DNA from: Deinococcus radiodurans R1 = ATCC 13939 = DSM 20539
GTDB taxonomy: Bacteria; Deinococcota; Deinococci; Deinococcales; Deinococcaceae
Direction of reading: 5' to 3'
NCBI RefSeq assembly: GCF_000008565.1
Contig: NC_001263.1
Span: 2,069,834-2,101,833 of the forward strand
Length of the DNA stretch: 32,000 nt
The notes under the pieces are model-generated. The model had not been told where the DNA came from. It made no database searches and saw nothing but the letters and a program-made list of their open reading frames with translations. Positions 23,354-32,000 of the stretch are shown here, piece after piece. The position numbers were made by a program, and so were the translations under genes. The stretch's first letter is position 1. Each line of letters begins with the position of its first letter.

Positions 23354-24495
23354 CCCCCGAAGACCGCTTTGTGAAAGCCGCCACCCGGGGCCTGAGCCGG
23401 GGCAAACGGGCCGAAGCCCAGGCCGAGCTACGCTCTCACCTGCACGAGCGCACCCAGCAACTGATTCTGGCGGGTAAGCCGCTGCCGTCAGCGCAGGCAC
23501 AGGCCATGCAGGAACTTGGCGCACCGGCCCAGATTGCACGGGGCTTACGGCGCACCGAGCATGTCCACCCGCTGCTGAGCGCGGCGGTGCTGTTGGCCCT
23601 GGCGGGGGTGCTCCTCTGGCCGGTGCCGGAACTGCGTTGGCAGCAGCTCATGTCCCAGGTCTATAACGGTGTGGGAACAAGTAGCGGCAGCGGGGCAGAA
23701 CTCATGGAACTGGGTTCCTTGCCCCTCCCCGAAGCGCGGCGGCGACTTGGCACCCTTGACATAGAGCTTGTCCACCAGAAAGGAAGCTACCTGCTGCGGC
23801 GTGCCGGCCTTCCAGACGCTCCGCTCGGGGACACACGGACCTTTCAGTGCCTGCCGCCCCTCTTGCCCGGGGGGACGCGGCCCACCCTCACTGACCTCTT
23901 GAATTCCGAGCTGCCCACTTACGTCGATATGCCCGGTCTGCTCAGCTGTATGGCACAGGCTCACTGGCCGCTCACCGTCTCGCCCAGCGGAGTGGCGCTC
24001 GGCGAGCAGACACTCCCGCTCTCCTGGGGAACGGATTACAGCCTGTCTGCAGCACTGTCGCAGGTGTACTTTCCAGCGCTCAGCACCGCCCTCAGGCAGC
24101 TTCCTGCACCTATGTGGCAAGCCGCTGGGATCGGTGGACCACTTATCACCCCACTCGCCAGCGATGACCTCCACTCTGCGCCCCCGCTTCAGCTGAATCT
24201 GCCCGGCGGGACGCCCATTTTGGCGCTCGTCAAAAAGCAGAGTCGGTCATACGGCGCCCCAGAACGCACAACTTACCCAGCATTTGCGGCGGCCCTGCGC
24301 TGGACGGACGCCCAGGGACAGCTCCAACTTCCGCGGCCCCTTCACGGCCCAGAGCTACGGCTCTACAGTTCACGTGCAGCATGGCTCCAGGCTCCACTCA
24401 CGGAGAACGCCACCCTACTGCTGCCCGTGTCAACTCAGGCAACTCAGGAAATTAGTCTCACGCCGCTGGCTGTCAGCGGGCCGGTGCCTGAATAA
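23350..24495 (+). CDS. PadR-associated membrane protein (N-terminal HAAS / permease-prefix-like helical domain, one TM, large extracytoplasmic domain)
   Basis: ATG 23350 overlaps the padR stop (ATGA). The N-terminus is MTPEDRFVKAATRGLSRGKRAEAQAELRSHLHERT, then TM LLSAAVLLALAGVLLW. I recognised no family in the remainder. Confidence 0.7.
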   Translation: MTPEDRFVKAATRGLSRGKRAEAQAELRSHLHERTQQLILAGKPLPSAQAQAMQELGAPAQIARGLRRTEHVHPLLSAAVLLALAGVLLWPVPELRWQQLMSQVYNGVGTSSGSGAELMELGSLPLPEARRRLGTLDIELVHQKGSYLLRRAGLPDAPLGDTRTFQCLPPLLPGGTRPTLTDLLNSELPTYVDMPGLLSCMAQAHWPLTVSPSGVALGEQTLPLSWGTDYSLSAALSQVYFPALSTALRQLPAPMWQAAGIGGPLITPLASDDLHSAPPLQLNLPGGTPILALVKKQSRSYGAPERTTYPAFAAALRWTDAQGQLQLPRPLHGPELRLYSSRAAWLQAPLTENATLLLPVSTQATQEISLTPLAVSGPVPE

Positions 24496-24519
24496 ACTTA
24501 AGCGACCCCAGCAGGCAAG

Positions 24520-24553
24520 CGCAAAAGAGAAGGCCGCCCCACGACAGGGCGGC
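24520..24553. terminator. Terminator between convergent genes (best oriented for thrS)
   Basis: GCCGCCC (24533-24539) pairs with GGGCGGC (24547-24553). An A-rich tract precedes it on the plus strand, giving a U-run for the minus-strand transcript. Confidence 0.6.
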
Positions 24554-24587
24554 ACTCACGTTTTGTCTCTCTTTGGGATTTGGGGTC

Positions 24588-26537
<1,950 letters not shown>

Positions 26538-26716
26538 GGTTCTCCTTGATATGAACATGAAAAAGCCCGGTCTGGCCGCGTGGACAGCAAAACGCCTGAA
26601 AACCGCAACAGGGGTTCTCAGGCGCTCAGAGTTCGCGTGCTCAGTCCGGGCATGGAGGGACTTCGGCGGCCCACGCGGCGCATCACCAGACCGGAGTGAT
26701 GGGCGGGGCGCTTCAT
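26538..26716 (-). promoter_or_regulatory. Structured thrS 5' leader (candidate attenuator/operator; not a recognisable T-box)
   Basis: Hairpin CATCACT-CCGGTCT-GGTGATG (26701-26681). Terminator-like hairpin GCCTGAGAACC/GGTTTTCAGGC plus GTTTTG (26625-26586). A 9-nt complementarity links 26694-26686 with 26575-26567 and is followed by GCTTTTT. Confidence 0.55.
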
Positions 26717-26722
26717 GGCCTC

Positions 26723-26752
26723 ATAATAGCGCGGCGGGCGGGCAGGGGTCAA
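26723..26752 (-). promoter_or_regulatory. Candidate thrS promoter
   Basis: On the minus strand: TTGACC (26752-26747), 18-nt spacer, TATTAT (26728-26723). Confidence 0.55.
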
Positions 26753-26816
26753 AGCGCCTACCCTCCCTCCCTGGCAGCATGGCAACTTTTGCGCCGCCCG
26801 GGCCGTATGCCCAGAT

Positions 26817-27644
26817 ATGTCCCCCCCGACCCCCGCTCAATTGGCGCCGCTGCGTGAGCCCACGCCGAAGTGGTGGCCGCTGCTGGTCGCAGTGCTTGTG
26901 CTGACCAGCCTGCTGCCGGTCGTGCTGATCCTGGCCCCGCCCGTGCTGGGGCTGCCCAGGTACGAGGTCTCGGGCGGGCAGGTCGTGGCGCGTTCTCTGG
27001 CGTCCAAAGTGGTCATCCCGGCGGGAACACCCGCAGAAAAAGTGTCGCTGGGACGCCTTTCAAAACAGGTGGGCAGCAACATGCCCGGCTATACGGTGGG
27101 CCACTTCCGTTCCGAGCGCGGAGAACTGGCGGTCTACGGCAACGGCTCGCGCACGGGACTGCTGTTCGGCACCCAGCCGCCCACTTTCCTCACGCCCGCC
27201 GACCCCGAAACTTTGCTCATCGTCTGGAAAAAAGGGGACGCGGCAACCTTCCGGCCCAGGGGAGTGCCGCTGCGGGAAAATATCTGGCCGCTGCTGCTGC
27301 TTTTGCCACTCTCACTCGCGGTCGGCTCGCTCCTCATCTCCAGGCCGCGCCTCAGTTACGAAATCCACGGCGACACCCTCACCGTCAAGACTCGCGCCAG
27401 CAGCACCGATTTTCTGCGCCAAAGCACGAAGGCCAGCGTGACCAGCGACCCGCTAGGCGTGCGGCTGTTCGGCACCGGGATGCCCGGTTATCACACCGGC
27501 ACCTTTTCCACCCGTTTGGGCAACGTGCAGGCGGCGGCGAGCAGTGCCCGGCCAGAGCAAGCGCTGCTGCTGGAACACGCGGGCAAACGGTACTACCTGA
27601 CACCGAGTGACCCGGCGGCGGTGGAGGCGTGGTTCGGGGGCTGA
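26817..27644 (+). CDS. Membrane protein with an internally duplicated TM + beta-rich (bacterial PH-like?) module
   Basis: Each of two units has a TM helix, then (Y)E(V/I).G, then G..MPGY..G.F, then LTP.DP. This frame is preferred over the overlapping 26870..27610 frame on composition. Confidence 0.65.
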   Translation: MSPPTPAQLAPLREPTPKWWPLLVAVLVLTSLLPVVLILAPPVLGLPRYEVSGGQVVARSLASKVVIPAGTPAEKVSLGRLSKQVGSNMPGYTVGHFRSERGELAVYGNGSRTGLLFGTQPPTFLTPADPETLLIVWKKGDAATFRPRGVPLRENIWPLLLLLPLSLAVGSLLISRPRLSYEIHGDTLTVKTRASSTDFLRQSTKASVTSDPLGVRLFGTGMPGYHTGTFSTRLGNVQAAASSARPEQALLLEHAGKRYYLTPSDPAAVEAWFGG

Positions 27645-27646
27645 CC

Positions 27647-28504
27647 TCAGCGTTCGGCAAGCACCTTTTTCAGCAGGTCGGGCCGGTTGGTGATGACGCC
27701 GTCCACGCCCATTTGCACCAGCCGGCGCATCTCGGCCTCGTCGTCAATGGTCCAGACCTGCACCGCCACGCCACGGGCGTGCAGGGCGCGCACGAAGGCC
27801 GGCGTGACGATTTCGATGCCGCCCGAGCGCACCGGCACCTGGGCCACCTGCCCCGGCGTGGGAGCCAGAGCACTCAGCCCCACCTTGCTCAGCAGCACCA
27901 GCGGGCGCAGTTCGCGCTCGGTCATGGAGGTCATGACTTCCGGGCACAGGCGGCGAAACTCGTTCAGGGCCGCGTCGCTGAAACTCGCGGCAATCACCCG
28001 CCCCGTCGCCCCGGCGCGGCGCAGTTCGGCGCAAAACGGCGCGGCAATGCTGGGACTCGCCTGCTTGAGTTCGATAATCAGCGGCGTGTTCGGAAACTCG
28101 CGCAGCACGTCCTTTAACTGCGCGACCTGCACGCCCTGGCCCCGAAAGGGAAAGCCGCTGCCGCCCGCCGGGGTCAGCGTGTAGCCGGCGTCGGCCCGCA
28201 GCACCTGTTCCAGCGTCAGGTCGGCAATGCGGCCTTGGGTGTCGGTCAGGCGGTCGAGCGTCGCATCGTGCGAGAGGACAAGCGCGCCGTCGCGGGTGGC
28301 GTGCAGGTCCATTTCCAGCAGGTCCACGCCGAGGGCCACCGCGCCCCGGTAGGCGGTCAGGGTATTGCTCGGCCACAGCGCCTCGCCGCCCTGATGGGCG
28401 ATGTTGAGGGTGCGGCCCGTCAGGTAGGGATTGGGCGCGGACGCGACCGGCGTGGCGCACCCCATCAGCAGCAGGGCCAGCGCCCCGAACCAGATTTTCG
28501 ACAT
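27647..28504 (-). CDS. Glycerophosphodiester phosphodiesterase (GDPD family), lipoprotein
   Basis: Lipobox LLMGC (Cys16). NIAHQGGE...EMDLHATRDGALVLSHD...VQVWTID GDPD motifs are present. Confidence 0.9.
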   Translation of the reverse strand: MSKIWFGALALLLMGCATPVASAPNPYLTGRTLNIAHQGGEALWPSNTLTAYRGAVALGVDLLEMDLHATRDGALVLSHDATLDRLTDTQGRIADLTLEQVLRADAGYTLTPAGGSGFPFRGQGVQVAQLKDVLREFPNTPLIIELKQASPSIAAPFCAELRRAGATGRVIAASFSDAALNEFRRLCPEVMTSMTERELRPLVLLSKVGLSALAPTPGQVAQVPVRSGGIEIVTPAFVRALHARGVAVQVWTIDDEAEMRRLVQMGVDGVITNRPDLLKKVLAER

Positions 28505-28557
28505 GCTCTACTTTGCCGCGTTCCAGTCAGCGGGGCAACTGCCGGGCCAAGAATGCC

Positions 28558-28585
28558 AAAAAAAGCGGCCCCCGCAAGAGCCGCT
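28558..28585 (-). terminator. Intrinsic terminator after the glutaredoxin-like gene
   Basis: The minus strand reads AGCGGCTCTTGCGGGGGCCGCT followed by TTTTTTT (plus-strand A-run 28558-28564). Confidence 0.8.
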
Positions 28586-28603
28586 TCAGAGCAAAAGTTG
28601 AAG

Positions 28604-28849
28604 TTAGAGGCCCGCTTCCGCCAGAAACGCGTCGAGCTTCTGAGGCCGGAACCCGCTGAGGCTGTGCGCCACGTCGCCGCTGACCAGGGTGGGCACGCTG
28701 CGGCGCCCGCCGTTCACGCTCATCACGTACTCGGCGGCCTGTTCGTCCTGCTCGATGTTGATTTCCTCGTAAGCGATGCCCTTCTGCGTCAGCGCCCGCT
28801 TGGCCGCGTGGCAGTCGGGGCACCAGGTGGTGGTGTACATTTTGACCAT
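28604..28849 (-). CDS. Glutaredoxin-like / mycoredoxin-type small thiol oxidoreductase
   Basis: MYTTTWCPDCHAAKRAL carries a CPDC active site and the protein is 81 aa. ATG 28849 sits 6 nt after TAAACT (28861-28856). Confidence 0.85.
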   Translation of the reverse strand: MVKMYTTTWCPDCHAAKRALTQKGIAYEEINIEQDEQAAEYVMSVNGGRRSVPTLVSGDVAHSLSGFRPQKLDAFLAEAGL

Positions 28850-28911
28850 AGGCTCAGTTTACAAAATAAAGCACTCGGGGAAATGACCGGGCCTTGAGCC
28901 GGACTTGAGCG

Positions 28912-29136
28912 TCAGCGAAACAGCCGGGCGAGCAGGCTCAGCACTACGCTGAGCACCAACATGCTGACCCAGGGCACGAAAACGAAGGTGTTGCCGTTCT
29001 GGTAGCGAATGTCGCCCGGCAGCCGCCCGAACCAGCCGAACAGGGTCCGCAGCAGCCCCGGCTGATAGGCCCACAGCAGGCCCAGCACGATGGCGAATAC
29101 ACCGGCCAGAATCAGCAGTTTGGGAAGAGATGCCAT
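28912..29136 (-). CDS. DUF2905-family small membrane protein (74 aa)
   Basis: GRLPGDIRY...FVFVP...SVVLSLLARLF is the DUF2905 pattern. ATG 29136 sits 7 nt after TAGGCT (29149-29144). The ORF-track start at 29184 is upstream of that box. Confidence 0.8.
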   Translation of the reverse strand: MASLPKLLILAGVFAIVLGLLWAYQPGLLRTLFGWFGRLPGDIRYQNGNTFVFVPWVSMLVLSVVLSLLARLFR

Positions 29137-29209
29137 GCCTGTCAGCCTACGGTGGCCGTCAGTATCGCGGCTGAGCAGCCCCAAAACGTGGCTTTACCTG
29201 AGTCACCAC

Positions 29210-29238
29210 AAAAAACCGGCCTGTCACAGGGACAGACC
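29210..29238 (-). terminator. Intrinsic terminator after infC
   Basis: The minus strand reads GGTCTGTC-CCTGT-GACAGGCC, then GG and TTTTTT. Confidence 0.75.
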
Positions 29239-29259
29239 AGTCGGGGAAAGAGAGAAGGT

Positions 29260-29898
<639 letters not shown>

Positions 29899-30051
29899 CT
29901 CCGCCGCGCCCCACAGGCTGCGGCGCGAATGCGCGGTCAGGACCTGTGCCGGGCGGCTTGCAACTGCGCCGTGTCCCGGGCAGTTCAGGAAAGTAGTCTA
30001 CCACGCCCGCGCCCTTTTCCCGCCGAAAAGCACTAGAAAAATGTTAGGACT

Positions 30052-31218
30052 TCAGAAGCCGATGTTGATGTCGAGCAGTTCGGTGGCCGCTTCACCCACA
30101 GCGCTCTCGTCCTCGGTCTGCGCGGCGCTGAAGTCGTCCAGGCTGACGATGGCGCGCACCTGCACATGACCCAGCAGATACCGGTTGGTGCGAATCACTG
30201 TCCAGGGCGTGAGCAGCCCGAGGGAAAAGATGCGGGCCAGCGTATTGGCCAGGTTGATCCACACCAGCCGCCAGGGGCTAAAGGTGGCCTGGGTCCGCAC
30301 CACGCCGCCCAGCTCGAAATTGTTGAGGACGTAATGCATGGTAGCGGCGCGGACGTACTGCCACGCTATGCCGTAGAGCACTGCCAGCGCCAGGTAACCG
30401 AGCACGAAAGCCACCACCACCGCGGAAGTGAGCAGGTCGGTGTCGAGCTGTTCGAGGTTCAGGTCACCCAGGACGCCAGCGATGGTCGCAGCCCCGATGG
30501 CGAGCCCCGCGAGGAGCCCTATGCCCAGCACGGTCAGGCCGGCCCCCGCCAGCCCAATCAGGTAAAAGGGCCCCAGGCTGCCGCGAAAGTGTCCGCGCGC
30601 CGTGCCGTAAGCGAGGCCGTCGGCCTGGTAGCGCCGCTGCATGAACCACGCCCAGGGCAGCGCGAGCGACCCCGAAAACACCGCCGCGATGTTGGCGACC
30701 CCGTAGGACACGTAGGCGTCCCCCAGCGACCCGGTAAAGCGGAACCGCAGCCCCCGGTGCACCGTGCTGCGCGCCTGAAAGCGCATGGACTGCCGCACCA
30801 GCCAGGGATACGCCACCGCGAACAGGAGGCCGAGCGCCCCGGTGACCCACTCCCAGCCGGTGAACTGAAGCTGCTGCGCCGCCGTGTAGAGCCCGAAAAA
30901 CGCCACCACGATCAGGTAACCGCGCAGCAGAGCGAACGGGCTGGCGGTGTACTCGAAGTTCTGGTCATCGAGCCAGGTATGCCCGTAGAGATACTGCCGG
31001 GTGCGGATGCGGGCCCAGGGGGTATACAGCCCCAGCGTGATCACCGTGAGCGCAAGGTTCACGATCCAGACGCGGAAATACTCGCTGGCCTGACCAGTGA
31101 AGCGCAGCGGGTAAGTGTGGACCCGGGCGGCCTGCGGCGCGTTCGCCGTCCCCAGCGGAGTGGCGAGCAGCGCCTGGCCGGGGGGCAGGTCCTGGGGAGG
31201 CAGGGTCATGGCCTCCAT
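30052..31218 (-). CDS. YjgN-family (DUF898) multi-pass membrane protein
   Basis: FTGQASEYFRVWIVNLALTVITLGLYTPWARIRTRQY, with a second half-repeat LANTLARIFSLGLLTPWTVIRTNRY. The start is ATG 31218, or ATG 31209 which sits 7 nt after TACTAT (31222-31217). Confidence 0.85.
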   Translation of the reverse strand: MEAMTLPPQDLPPGQALLATPLGTANAPQAARVHTYPLRFTGQASEYFRVWIVNLALTVITLGLYTPWARIRTRQYLYGHTWLDDQNFEYTASPFALLRGYLIVVAFFGLYTAAQQLQFTGWEWVTGALGLLFAVAYPWLVRQSMRFQARSTVHRGLRFRFTGSLGDAYVSYGVANIAAVFSGSLALPWAWFMQRRYQADGLAYGTARGHFRGSLGPFYLIGLAGAGLTVLGIGLLAGLAIGAATIAGVLGDLNLEQLDTDLLTSAVVVAFVLGYLALAVLYGIAWQYVRAATMHYVLNNFELGGVVRTQATFSPWRLVWINLANTLARIFSLGLLTPWTVIRTNRYLLGHVQVRAIVSLDDFSAAQTEDESAVGEAATELLDINIGF

Positions 31219-31286
31219 AGTAGGCGATGCCGCGCGACTTCCGGCCTTGCCCGGCCTGCCCCGATGGCCATGCAGACCGCGCCCAG

Positions 31287-31309
31287 GACGGCCCAGATGA
31301 CGGCCCAGA
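31287..31309. repeat. Exact 11-nt direct repeat GACGGCCCAGA x2 (12-nt period)
   Basis: Copies at 31287-31297 and 31299-31309, plus a third GCCCAGG at 31281-31287. They lie between the divergent yjgN-like and gamma-CA-like genes. Confidence 0.85.
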
Positions 31310-31403
31310 CGGCTGTGCTACCTTTGGCAGCAAGATCACTGCCGGTGTGGTGGGCGTTTTTGCCCTGTCCCCCCCTGCCCCCGCCCCGGCCCCGGAGGCC
31401 CAC

Positions 31404-31949
31404 ATGCCGCTGCACACCCTGGAGGACCTGACACCTGACATCCACCCCACGGCCTTCGTGGCCCCGAGCGCCGACGTGATCGGCCAGGTAAAGGTGGAGG
31501 CGGGCGCGAGCATCTGGTTTGGCGCCGTCCTGCGCGGCGACACTGAACAGCTCCGGGTGGGCGAACGCAGCAACGTGCAAGACGGCGCCGTGCTGCACGC
31601 CGACCCCGGCTTTCCCTGCACGCTGCACGAGGACGTGACGGTGGGCCACCGCGCCGTGGTACATGGGGCGACATGCGAGGCGGGCAGTCTAGTTGGCATG
31701 GGCGCGATCATGCTCAACGGCTCGCGCCTGGGCCGGGGCGCGGTGCTGGGCGCCGGGGCACTGCTCCCGGAAGGGAAGGAAGTGCCCGACGGAATGCTCG
31801 CCGTGGGGACGCCCGCCCGCGTGGTGCGTCCGGTGGCGGCGACCCCCAACGCGGCCAGCTATGTCCGCAACGGCGAGCGCTACCGCGCCGGCCTACGTTC
31901 CCAGGCCGACCCCGCCTCCCCCACCGGGCCCGCAGGAGACCCCACATGA
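31404..31949 (+). CDS. Gamma-class carbonic anhydrase-like hexapeptide-repeat (LbH) protein
   Basis: GGAGG (31394-31398) lies 5 nt before ATG 31404. IHPTAFVAPSADVIGQVKV...NVQDGAVLHAD...VGHRAVVHG pattern. An in-frame ATG at 31227 would add 59 aa (uncertain). Confidence 0.85.
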   Translation: MPLHTLEDLTPDIHPTAFVAPSADVIGQVKVEAGASIWFGAVLRGDTEQLRVGERSNVQDGAVLHADPGFPCTLHEDVTVGHRAVVHGATCEAGSLVGMGAIMLNGSRLGRGAVLGAGALLPEGKEVPDGMLAVGTPARVVRPVAATPNAASYVRNGERYRAGLRSQADPASPTGPAGDPT

Positions 31950-32000
31950 CAGACCCCCGCCGCCGCCCTGCGCGGCTGACCACAACTTCCGTCTCTACCC
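31946..32000 (+). CDS. 5' end of an unidentified gene (runs off the right edge)
   Basis: ATG 31946 overlaps the preceding stop (ATGA). The frame is open to the window end (MTDPRRRPARLTTTSVST...). It is too short to identify. Confidence 0.35.
   Translation, partial: MTDPRRRPARLTTTSVST

Noticed and set aside
26538-26716. thrS leader as a T-box riboswitch
   Set aside because: I searched the minus strand for the GGGUGGNACCGCG-type T-box sequence and for an ACC specifier in a Stem I context and found neither. I kept it as an uncharacterised structured leader.
26870-27610. Alternative-frame ORF overlapping the duplicated membrane protein gene
   Set aside because: Its translation is Arg/Ala/Gly/Pro-rich. 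The 26817 frame gives TM helices and an internally repeated motif, so that frame is preferred.

Overview
GC-rich (about two-thirds G+C by eye, not computed) bacterial chromosomal window. It holds about 33 protein genes, one tRNA-Asn, one clear T-box riboswitch, a second structured mRNA leader, and several intrinsic terminators. I saw no transposase, integrase, phage gene or CRISPR array. The content is mostly housekeeping: PepF-like peptidase, alpha2-type GlyRS, PNPase, PilD, Asp23-NusB, NAD-dependent LigA, GlmM, ThrRS and IF-3. Smaller membrane, secreted and unknown genes sit between them. The gene set and style resemble a Deinococcus (D. radiodurans-like) chromosome; that is from memory and cannot be searched here. 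Many long ORFs in the six-frame track are antisense shadows of real genes, and many listed ORF starts are too far upstream; I re-derived starts from SD or -10 context. The items most worth a second look are listed here. (1) A minus-strand cassette at 17842-20530 encodes a 2Fe-2S ferredoxin, an Mpg/AAG glycosylase, a P-loop kinase-like protein and a YcaQ/AlkZ-like glycosylase. Its downstream genes are joined by GTGA and ATGA stop/start overlaps. The ferredoxin and Mpg frames are separated only by one in-frame TGA, and the conserved-looking Mpg N-terminus lies upstream of any canonical start. (2) A roughly 180-nt thrS leader is not a T-box. It has a 7-bp/7-nt hairpin presenting GGU, a terminator-like hairpin, and a 9-nt long-range complementarity followed by a U-run. 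(3) A Gly (GGC) T-box precedes glyQS. It is followed by four tandem 8-nt GTTTGACC-like units and by an unknown ORF coupled to glyQS through a TGATG overlap. (4) At least 14 genes have a TAnnnT-type box 5-7 nt upstream of the start codon and no SD, which suggests leaderless mRNAs. One case is a 27-bp divergent intergenic region holding two back-to-back boxes. (5) infC appears to start at a non-canonical ATA. (6) There is a large insertion in PilD, low-complexity tails on PNPase, NusB and IF-3, and a REP-like palindromic intergenic element.
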